Below are positions 20,690-31,252 of a DNA stretch of 64,000 nt, piece by piece. Under the pieces are notes generated by a model. The model was not told where the DNA came from and did no database searches. It worked only from the letters and a program-made list of their open reading frames with translations. A program made the translations under genes and the position numbers. Source of the DNA: Felis catus (Eukaryota). The first letter of the stretch is position 1; every line of letters starts with the position of its first letter. Location of the stretch: the NCBI RefSeq assembly GCF_018350175.1, contig NC_058369.1, positions 1,614,001 through 1,678,000 on the forward strand, written 5' to 3'.

Positions 20690-22560
20690 CTGGAAGCATT
20701 TCCCAGCCCCACGCCCCCCCCCCCGACCCCCACCCCCGGCGCCGCCCCGGGGTGCCCTGCCTGGCGCCTCAGCCGGCGGTTCTGTTCCCTCCTGACCCCT
20801 GTCCCCAGGCAGGGGGCGTGGCCTCGCTGCTAGATCTTTCAGGGTCGCAGGAGCGCCGGACTTGCGGCGGAGCGCACGCGCGGGTGGGGAGGCGATCCCA
20901 GAGCGTGGCTTTCTCTGCTGGAAGGGGAAAGTCTGGGAATGACGGCCCTGGGACTGCGCGGCGAGGGAGAGACCCGCCTGCCGCCAGCCCAGGGTGGGGA
21001 CGGACGCGTCTGCCAGGGACCCACGGTGCCCGGAGAGCGCCTCCGGAGACCCCGAGCCGCCCGGCCTGCAGCACAGCCCGCAAGCCACCCCCTCCCCCAA
21101 GGACGCGCGGCAGACACACTTACAGACACACAGAAGCTCCATCTGGAGAAGCCCCTCCCTGCCCCTTCCCTGCATTGTTCGTGCTCCTCGTTCCCACCCT
21201 ACCCCCTCCTCCCGGGCGCCGGAGGTTCCCAGGCTCTGGGGCTGGGGCGGGGTGGGATGAGGGGCGTCTCCGGGCGGCGGAGGCCCGGCCGAAGACCGTC
21301 GTGCACGCGGGGCTGCTCCCGCCCCACGCGCGCGCACACACCAGTCGGAGCGTGAGCCTGCGATCACTTGCGCGCACGCGTGGGGCGACGATTGTGCCGC
21401 GGCGTACACAGCAGGCGCACCATAAATTCGTCTTGGGTGGCTGCTGGGGGAGTCAGGAGGAGAGGGCACACAGCTTTGGATTCGAAAGCCGCACAGCTTT
21501 GGATTCGATTCGGCTCTCGGCGGCTTACTAGCTACCCGCGCGGCGCCCAGAGAGCGTGACTCAGTTTCCCCGTCCACACAAGGGAAAGTCTAATCGCCCT
21601 CCCACGTGGCAGAGGGTGAAACCAGATAATGCGCGGAAGCGCTTCGCAAAACGCTCGGCCTGGAGAACCCGGACCGCGCCTTCCCTCCACCCCACCCTCT
21701 CGCCAGACGCTCTGAGGGTGGAGAGGGGCGCTGACCCCGGCCCCAGACGCCCCTCCCGACCGCTCAGGCGGGAGTCCCGGCTTCCTCGGTACTTAAAATT
21801 GGATAATTGGACACAGAGGCGGGTGTGCGAGAGCCAGAGAAATCCCCGAGTGGGCGAAGTGCAGGGGCCTGGGCCCCTAGTTTCCCCACGGCGGGGGCCC
21901 CGACCCTCTCCAGAGCCCCCTCGTGTGCGCCCTGGGCGCGCTGCCGGTGCGCACGGGAGCCCCCGCGCTTGCCGCCGACCCCCTCCCGCGCCCGGCGGTG
22001 CCAGCCTCCCGCTGGTGCCCGCCAGGCGCGGTGTCTGCGGCCGCCCGGGGTGGGGAGGGGGGAGTCTGCGCCGGCGGCGGTCCCGGCGGCGTCTCCCTCC
22101 CCCAGCCCCTGGCGGCGGGCGGCCGGGCCGAGGGCGGGGCGTCTGCACAGACCCTCCTTTTGTGAGCGGCGCCTTCCCCGGGCGGCCTGGCGCGCAGGGC
22201 CCGGGCACCGCGCCAGCGCCCGGAATAGCCTCCCTGCCCCGCTGGCCGCCCCACGCCCCGCCGGAGCCGCCTGACCTGCCCGGCGGGGCGCGGGGGTGGG
22301 CAGGCCGGGCGGTGGCGGCGCGGGGACCCCGTGCGTGCTCAGCGGCACGGGCTGCGCTGCTGACGGTGCGCCCGGCCTACTGTGCGCCCAGCCTACTGTG
22401 CGCGGGCCGCTGCCTCAACGTGTGCATGCCTATACCGTGTGCATGCAAACGCGCATGTGCAGCCTTCCGCCGCACGCAAGACCTACTGCGTGCAAGACGC
22501 ACTGCGCGCCGTCCCGCTCGTGTGTGAAAACCCCCATGTGTGCAGACCCCCGCCCGCCTA
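20690..22560. promoter_or_regulatory. Intergenic CpG island (enhancer-like)
   Basis: Very high CpG density without a recognisable protein. AP-1 TGACTCA at 21557-21563, E-box CACGTG at 21603-21608, several GC boxes. Confidence 0.6.
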
Positions 22561-25077
22561 CAAACACCCACAGCGAGCAGATATCCTCGTGTGTGCGCAC
22601 ACCCAGTGTGTGTGGCACCGGAGTGCGTCTGCACCCACTGTACTCCGGCACAGACCTGCTCACGAATGTCCCTTGGTGCAGAAGGCCCCCAGTTTTCAAA
22701 CACCGTCATCTGTGCAGGCGTCCACGTGTGAGTAAAAACTCTAATGCATGCACACCGGCGTTCTGATGCACCCCGTGCGGTCATCAGGGTAGTGCAACGT
22801 TTTCCAAGTTCACGTGCTCACTCTGCAGACCCCCTGCACCAGCGGATTGAGGGTGGGAGCGGCATTCGGGCCCCCCACCTGAGAGCTGGGACTGTCTCCA
22901 ATGGTCCTTAGTGTATGTATGCTTCAGTTTACCCCATCTGGAGAGACTTTGCTCTCAGTCTCTTCTGGCTCCGACCGTGTGGGAGGAAGTGGGTTGGACA
23001 CCCTCCCCTGCATTGTGTGGCTGGGCGCAGAGGACTCAGTCATGCAGGGTTGGAGGCAGGGCCAACTGGGGACCTTCCTGGAAGCCCAGGGGGCAGGTGC
23101 AAGGGCAGGCGGGCTCCGTCCGTGGCAGGATGCCAGCGGGTGGCTTCCCTGAAACTGGGCACAGCAGCTGGGAGAGGTTTCCGGCCCGCCCGGCCCCACC
23201 CCGCCCCGGGCACTCTCGGCAGATGGGCAGGGCAGGCAGGCAATGCCAGGGAGGGGCGGGGCCCCAGACTGCACATGCCCGCACAGGAGCCACCGGTGGA
23301 CCTGTGCACACACCCCTGTGTGCATGCATGTGGACCGTGCGGGTGCTAATTCTGCCCCGTATGCAAACGTGTGGCTGTGCCTCCCTAGGCGCCTGCACTT
23401 GTGTCCCGCACGCAGAGCATGAGTGGCCCTGTGGACCCATAGCCGCCCTGGGCTCCACAGGACAGAGATATTTGTCTGTTTTGCTCACTGCTCTGCCCTA
23501 GCACCTGACAGTTGGTTGGCGCTCTATAAATATTTGTGGAGTGAGCACATGAATAAAGGGACACATCATTTTGCAACTATGTACTGAGTGTCTACATGCA
23601 CTGGGCCTTGTAACATCCAGGAACACAGAGATCCTGAGACCCGCATTCTAGACACATATTCTCAGGGATGAAAACAGGCTCACGCCTGCACATACCTGTG
23701 GGTCCCAGACACACTGGGCAGGAAACAGGAGTCCACTCGGTTCGTTCGCCGCAGAAACCAGAGCCAGGGGCGCACGCCGCCCTCGTGGCTGCACACGCAT
23801 CGTTGCGCACGTGATCATCACTACTCTCTCCCTACAGTCGGCCTGTGCCATCCATCCCGGCCACCCCGGTTCCCGACCTCCCTGCAGGAAGCCACTCGCC
23901 GTCCACACTTTGGTTCGGAGGGTCCCTCAGGCCACGGTGACCTCTCACCCCACTCCCCAAACATCTCTTATCAGGTGGTCCCTCAGCCTGCAATCGCCAC
24001 CATCTGAGCTTCTACCCTCAGGGCTTAGGCTGTTGTCTGCAGAAGGTTCCAGAAAACACGCAGCCAGAGTTGGCAGGATCAGGGCTGTGTAGTTTGGGAG
24101 ACTTGCACAGCGGCTCCTGGATATTCCCAGGAACCATCCTTCCATTTTACAGCCGGGGAAACTGAGGTCCAGAGAGGGGAGGGCGCTCCTGCGGAGTTGG
24201 AGAGGAGAGGGGCAGACCGTGAGAAGCAGCCGCTCGCTGGTCCTCCGTCCTACGGCTGCCTGCTGGGGTGGGGTCAGGAAGGTGGGGGACAGACAGTACT
24301 GGGAGGCGGAGGCCTGCGGGGGCGGGGCGGGCTGCTGTCTGCATCCCGGAGACAGACCGAGAGGCGGGAGGCCTAGAAACACCCACACACAGCTGACGGA
24401 GACCCAGTCTGGGCCGCGCAGCCGCGAGCTGGCTCTTCCCAGCCTTCCGACAGGGCTCCCGCGGCCGCTGCCCTGCCTGCGAGCGTGCGCGTCCATGTGT
24501 GCCTGGAGCGTGTGCACGTATGCGTAGGGGACATGCGTTTGCGCACGCGCATATATTTGCGTGTGTGTAGAGCTGTCCGTGTTTGTGTGTTCTGTGTGCA
24601 TAACTGTGCGTATTCACGTAGGTGCGTGTCTGTGTGCATATTTTTGTGGGTGCCCACGTGCACAGACATGTGCTTTTGCATACGTACACCCTGTGGTCTG
24701 TTGGCTGTTTACTGCATCTCAGGCATTTTTCTAAACACCTTGCATTTATTTTGTAAAGCTATGCTCACTGAGGTCTAATTCACAGATGGTAAAGTCATAC
24801 TTTTTAGGTGCACGATCCCCTAAGTCCCGACGAACTCAAGACGTAGAGAAGGTCCATCATCCCGGAAGTCCCCCGCTGCCCCTGGTCAGCCCACTCCCCC
24901 CATTACCGATCCCTGCAAGCGAAGATTGGCTCTATAGTTTGGCCTTTTCCAGGATATGAAAATAGGATCACCCAGAGTCTAGCCTTCTGAGTCTGTCCCT
25001 TAAACCCAGCATACTGCGTTTGACGGGCATCCTTGTCGCACGTGGAAGCAGTTTGTTCCTTTAAGAAAAAGGCGTAG

Positions 25078-25446
25078 GGGCTCCGGGGTGGCTCAGTCGG
25101 CTGGGCATCCGACTCTTGATTTTGGCTCAGGTCATGATCTCACGGTCCGTGAGTTCGAGCCCCGCATTGGGCTCTGGGCTGACAGCTCGGGGCCCGGAGC
25201 CTGTTTCCGATTCTGTGTCTCCCTTTCTCTCTGCCCCTCCCCCACTCGTGCTCTGTCTCTCTCCTCAAAAATAAATACACGTTAAAAAAAATTTAAAAAA
25301 AAAAAAAGAAAAAGGTGTAGGGGCTCCTGGGTGGCTCAGTCAGTTGGGCATCGGACTCTTGATTTTGGCTCAGGTCATGACCTCACGGTTTGTGAGTTCC
25401 AGCCCCGCATCAGGTGCTGTGCCTACAGCTCGGAGCCTGCTTGGGA

Positions 25447-25492
<46 letters not shown>

Positions 25493-25530
25493 TTCTCTCC
25501 TGCTTGCGTGCTCTCTCTCTCAAAATAAAT
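25078..25530 (+). mobile_element. Two tandem Can-SINEs
   Basis: Heads at about 25078 and 25320. Each is preceded by a similar aagaaaaagg(c/t)gta motif, which looks like a TSD. Confidence 0.9.
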
Positions 25531-26133
25531 ATGGAAAAAAAACCCACTGTGTTTTTAAAAAATGTAATTCACATACCACAAAATTCACCCCTTGAAGTTT
25601 TTTCGTGTTTTCACAGACTTGTGCAGCCATCACCTCTACCTAATTCCAAAATATTTCTCACCCTGAAAAAAGAAATTCTGTCTCCATTAGTATCACCTTC
25701 ACCCCAGCCCCTGACAGCCTCTAACACCCTTTCTGTCTGTGGATGAGCCTGTTCCGGTCGCTTCACATTCGTGGACGGACGCACACTGTGTGGCCTCCTG
25801 TGTCTGCTTCCCTCCCTCCCCCCCCCAGGCTTGTCAAGGTCTGTATTGCTGACTGTTCCAGTCAGGATGGGTTTTCCAGGGATGCAGAGCTGGGTAGTTT
25901 GCAGTTTCTGGTAATTAAGAGTAAAGCTGCTATGAACATTCACCTCGGGGTCGTGGTGTGGACCTAAGTTTTCATTTCTCTTGGAAAACACTTAGGGGAG
26001 GGATTCCTGGGCCCCATGAGGAGTACACACTTCATGTTCATGAATTCATTTATTCCTCTTAATCTAGGAGCTAAGTGCTATTATTAGATCCATTTTATAT
26101 ACAAGGAGACTAGACGCTCCCACAGATCTGTCT

Positions 26134-26166
<33 letters not shown>

Positions 26167-26449
26167 CCAGCAGGCAGGATGGCTGCTGCGTCCATCACCC
26201 AGCCCAGGCCCTGCAGGACCCAAGCAAATGCCCAAGGCGCCCCCTGCACGCACAGCGGCACGGCTGTCATGCCCCACACCCTGGGAACAGACGCTGGTGG
26301 GCCTGCAGACCCAGACGTGCTGCAGACACACTGCGATTTGTTCATCTTTCCAGCCAACCCGTCTCGTCCTGACAGTAATTAGCTCCCAGACTGGCGGGGA
26401 GACAGTGAACAGGCTCGGAGTCATCGCTGCGGCCCCACACCCACAGGCC

Positions 26450-27830
26450 AGGGAGCCCGGCGGGGAGTGTGTGAGGAGTGTGTGAGTGTGCGCGTGTGTA
26501 TGTGTGTCCGGGCTGGGTGCCCCCGCTCCCCTCCTCCACCCCACACATCCCGGACAGGCCCTGGAGGCTCAGGCCTGCGTTCCCACCCCCTCCGTAGAGC
26601 CGGCCAGGGCCGGGCACGCCTGCCCACGTGCCTTCCACGCGGGACCGCGTCCGGGGGCTTCGGAGCACGCACGCGCTCGCCCCCCCCCCCCCCCCCCGCG
26701 CAGGCCTACACACCCCGGGCCTGCGAGGGCGCGCGCGCGCGGGCTTGGTGCAGCGTGCATGCGCGCCCTGGGACGCGTGGGGGTGGGGCGCCGCGCGGGA
26801 GCACGCCCCGCCCCGGCCCCGCCCCGCCCGGGCGCCGGCCGGAAGACCTGCGGCGGCGGCGGCGGCGCTGGCGTCACGGGTTTCCACGGGGGCCCCGCGC
26901 GGGGGCCGGGATTCCCTGGCGCAGTAACGCCCATGACGGCGGCGCCGGAGGCCGGACTGGGCTGCGATGACATCAGCCCCTGCGTCTCTGGAGCCGCCCG
27001 GGCGGGAGCGGGACCGGAGGAACGGAAGGCACCCGGGCCCGGCGGCCCCGCCTGGCCGAGGCCGCGCGCTGTGCGCCGCTGGCTCCCGTTTCACAGATGC
27101 GGACACTGAGGCAGCGGCTGCCCGTTGCTCGGTTGTCATTTCGGGGATCCGAGACCCGCCCCCCCCCCCCACTCTTCCCCGATCCAGAGAGAGGGCAGGC
27201 CCGGCGCCTTCTGGGGCCCAGACCCCCTGCCCGCGTGTCTCCCTCGCTCTTCGGCAGCAGGAGGGCTTGGGGGCGCCCTGGCGCCAGCCGGCAGGTCGGG
27301 CGCTCAAGCCACATCTGTCCGCACTGTGGGTCTGCCCCCAACTCCGGCCGCTGCGGTGGCCAGAGGCGCCCGGGCTGCCCGGCGGGGTGTGCCCATCGGT
27401 GGCTGCCTTTGTGCTGAGGCCTCGGGGAAAGGACTAAAAATAGCTTGGGCGGAGATGCAGGCTATTTTTAGCCTGGGTGGCGGGCCCTCCCAGTTCCCCC
27501 GGTCAGCGGCCCTTGGGCCCGGGCGGCGGGTGGGGGGGTGTCGGGATCCACTTTCCAGGGTCCCCACCCCTCCTGGGCGTGCCCGCCATCCGGATCCCGG
27601 GGTGAGCGCACAGCCAGCCCCTGGGGAGGGCAGCTGGGCAGATAGAGCCTGAGGGGGTTAGCAAGTCTTGGGCTTGGGGAGGGGTTGCCCGAGGCCAGCT
27701 TTCTTCATCACCGCCCCCTCTCCCTGCCCCCCCCCCCCCCAGCTGCCCGAGCCTTTTGTTGGGCGGGGAGGTTGTTTTCTATTTTGGGAAGGTGTTGGAA
27801 TAATTTCCCTGGCTATTTTTAGCTGGTTTG
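26450..27830. promoter_or_regulatory. Intergenic CpG island/enhancer with three consensus MEF2 sites and CRE-like sites
   Basis: CTAAAAATAG 27434-27443; CTATTTTTAG 27462-27471 and 27813-27822; TGGCGTCA 26869-26876; TGACATCA 26968-26975. Confidence 0.7.
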
Positions 27831-28864
27831 GGGATTCCTCCACCCAGGCTGGCCACCCGCCTCTCCCTCTTCTGGCCCTCCTCCCCCTCCTCCCCTTCCT
27901 CCCCCTCCTCCCTGCTGACCCAAGGCTTGCCTCGGTCGGTCGTAAAGGGCAGACGAGGACACACAGCCCCCTGGAGACCGGCATCTCCCTGGGGCAGACC
28001 TGGAGCGGGGAGACCCCCATATTTCCTGGTTGGGGTGAGGGAGAGGGAGGTCTCAAGGGCGTTCCCCCACGCCAGGTGAGCCAGACATTCTGGCCTCCAG
28101 GAATCCATGACATCCCACAGATGAATTCCATCTCCAGGGCAAGGTGGGGCTCCCCAGTCTCTGACCTCTCACCTCCTTTCAGGGTGTGACAGGTCTACTC
28201 TGCTGAGAACCAGTCTTGACCGCCACACCCTTTGCACGCGGGGGCTCCCATGTCCCCGAGAGGGAGGGAGGTCGGCTTGGTGAGGGTGGACTGAGGCACA
28301 GAGAGGACGCAGGAGTGGGCCACACCCACCTTAGGCTCCTTCCCTGATGGTTTCAGTCCATCCACACTTTACAACTGAACAGCTGGGTAACCTTGGGGTA
28401 TTGACTTTATCTCCCCTTGCCTCAGCTGCCACCTTCAGGAACCCGCGGTAATTATTGAAATGGAGTCATTGTAAACATGAGTGTGAATACACGAAAGTTC
28501 TTAGAGGAGGTCCTGGCAGGTGACGGAGCAGGTGGCTCCGGAAAGGACACTGTGATGGCTGGAGTCTGGCTGGAGATGAGAGGGCAGGTCGCGGTTCTAG
28601 CTGGCTCCACACACACCCTGTGACCACTGTCCAGTCACCTCCTGACCCCTCACAGTCCTTGAGGCTGGCAGGAGGGACCCCACACTACAGATGAAGAAAC
28701 CAAGGCTCTGGAATGATCTCATGGCCAAGGGTCTCATGACTGGTGACACACGGGAGGCCAGTGTGGTCTCCTGGCTCTGACCCACACCGTATTCCATAGC
28801 TGCCTTTTGCATTCTTTCAGACGTGCTTTTGCTCATTCAGCAAATATTTGTTGGGCACTGAGTG

Positions 28865-29795
28865 AATTTCCTATGGCTGCTGTCATGAGTCACCACAAGA
28901 GAAGAGATTTGTTCTCTTACAGTTCCGGAGGTCAGAAGTCAGAAATCGGTCTTACTGGGCTCAAGGTTTCTGCAAGACTGTGTTCCTTCTGCAGTCTCCG
29001 GGGGAGAATCCACATCCCTACCTTGTCCCGTGTCTAGAAGCGCCCTCCCATCCCTTGGTTCGTGGTCCTGCCTCACATGCCCGTTCCTGTGCCTTCTAGC
29101 GTCACCTTACTTCTCTCCTCCACTCTGACCCTCCTGCCTCCCTCATAATTTTTTAAGTGTTTATTTTATTTTTTTTTTAATTTTTTTTCAACGTTTATTT
29201 ATTTTTGGGACAGAAAGAGACAGAGCATGAATGGGGGAGGGGCAGAGAGAGAGGGAGACACAGAATCGGAAACAGGCTCCAGGCTCTGAGCCATCAGCCC
29301 AGAGCCGGACGCGGGGCTCGAACTCACGGACCGCGAGATCGTGACCTGGCTGAAGTCGGACGCACAACCGACTGCGCCACCCAGGCGCCCCGAGTGTTTA
29401 TTTATTTTAGAGAGACAGCACAAGCAGGGGATGGCCAGAGAGAGGGGGGACAGAGGATCTGAAGAGGGTTCTGCGCTGGCAGCCGTGAACCCAGTGTGGG
29501 GCCTGCGCTCATGAACCTCGAGATCATGACCTGAGCTGAAGTCAGATGCTCAACCGGCTGAGCCATCCAGGCGCCCCCCCCCCCGCCTCCCTCTTATCAG
29601 AAACCTTGTGATGCCATTGCCGTGCCTCCCTTCCCCGCCAGCGCCCCCTCCCCCCCCCCCCCCCCCCCGCCCCATCCAGGGTATTCTCCCCATCTCAAGA
29701 TCTTTAATTTAGTCCCATCAGCAAAATTTGTAAGATACGCTGGTTCCAGATATCAGGATGTGGATATCTTTGTGGGGACCATTATTCAGCCTACC
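28865..29795 (-). mobile_element. MLT1 LTR interrupted by nested Can-SINEs (about 29150-29575)
   Basis: MLT1 text (ctcttacagttccggaggtcagaagtc...; cccatctcaagatctttaatt...accattattcagcctaccaca) flanks two - strand SINEs. Confidence 0.7.
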
Positions 29796-29917
29796 ACAGG
29801 CAGCTTGGGACGGGGCAGCAGGGAACACTGACAGGTGCCTGCCCTCCTGGAGCTCACAGTCTGGGGTCCGTGGCCCCACTGATCAGGTGGTCACAACGAT
29901 GAACAAATTCTTATAAA

Positions 29918-30050
29918 TAGGGTTGCCAGATAGAATGCAAGATACCCAGTTACACGGGTTTTAGATAAACAATAAGTAACTTTTTAGTATAAATATGTCT
30001 CATGTAATAATACGTCTCATTTAATAGTTGAGTCATACTTGCACTGAAAA
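29918..30050. mobile_element. MER53 MITE fragment
   Basis: tagggttgccagat...gataaacaataagtaactttttagtataaatatgtc resembles the MER53 consensus. Confidence 0.6.
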
Positions 30051-30179
30051 AAACAAGAAAGAAAGCTGTATAGGACTCCTGTGACTAGGCCACAAGCTGT
30101 AATTAATCATGGAAAGATTTAATCGGAAGTGACAAGCCGAAATGTGTGTTAAGATCACCCAGGCTCTGGAGTAGAGAGA

Positions 30180-30620
30180 AGGGCTCTGCACCCACGTGCC
30201 CACTTACGGCCGGGGGGCGGGGCTTCTTCCTGCCTTTTATTGCCTCGGGGGTGGGCGGGCCCCGGGCTGGAGGCTCCGCCCCTCGGACTGCACTTGTGAA
30301 CACTGCCCTCGTCGCCGGCAAGTTCAGCCAATCGGAGGCCGCCTTGGAGGGCCCGCCTCTCCCCTCGCCTCGGGCGCAGCCTCCAGAAGAGCCTGGAGGC
30401 GTGGGGTCAGGGGGCAGGTTCCGGGGAGACCCCGGAGGGCGGCCACCTGCTTCCGCTCCTCCTGCTCCCTGCAGGGTCGGCGGTGGACGCGAGGCCCAGA
30501 GAAGGGGGTGCATTCGGTTCCCCGGGGGCTTCGGGGGTTCGAGACGCTGGAAGGCGGCTCCGCTCGCTCTCTGGCTCCCGAGGCCCCCGGAACCCGTTCC
30601 TCCACCGGCGACCCCATCCT
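30180..30620. promoter_or_regulatory. Small CpG island with CCAAT and GC boxes
   Basis: GC boxes GGGGCGGGG at about 30214-30222, GGGCGGG at about 30253 and CTCCGCCC at about 30274. CCAAT at 30328-30332. Confidence 0.45.
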
Positions 30621-31160
30621 GGGACACCGCCCCCTCCCTCCTTCCCTCACACCCCTCGTCCCGGGTCACCAGCCCCGACCCTGGACACCTGACCCCCACC
30701 CTGGGACACCAGCCCTCCGGGACACCGGCCCCCTGCCCATCCCCACTCCCTGACACTGCCCCCCCTGGGATACCGTCCTCTACCCCCGGACACTGGACCC
30801 CCACCCTGGCGTACTGGGTCCCCTTCCTCACCCCGCCCCGGACACCATCCCTCCCCACCACCCTTTCCTGCCCAGGCACCGTTCCCCCATGGTGGGACAC
30901 CGAATCCCCACCCTGGGGCACGGGGTACTTCGGGGACACGGCCCCTCAACCCCCGCCCACACAGTTGCCCCCTCCCTGCCCCACCCCCAATGCCAGCCCC
31001 CAGAACACCATCCCCCCCACCCTGGACACGTCCCCCGGGATACCAGCTTCCCACCCCAGAACCAAGGTCCCCTGGGACACTGTCCCCCGTCTCCCACACC
31101 ATCTCCTGGACACTATCCCCAACTGTCCCCACCCCCAGGATATTGTCCCCAGCTCCAACA
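30610..31160 (+). repeat. Degenerate C-rich tandem repeat with core (C/T)GG(G)ACAC
   Basis: About 15 recurrences of ggacac/ggatac/gacact separated by C-rich spacers. Confidence 0.6.
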
Positions 31161-31190
31161 CCAGCAACCTCCCCCCCCCCCCCACTCCAG

Positions 31191-31249
<59 letters not shown>
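31191..31249 (+). repeat. Compound (CT)n(CA)n microsatellite
   Basis: Read directly from the sequence. Confidence 0.95.

Positions 31250-31252
<3 letters not shown>

Noticed and set aside
20672..22527. Overlapping 200-320 aa ORFs in CpG islands (also at 1148-1998, 12260-13029 and 26342-27652)
   Set aside because: They are open in several frames on both strands with Arg/Pro/Gly/Ala bias, as expected from stop-codon scarcity in GC-rich DNA.
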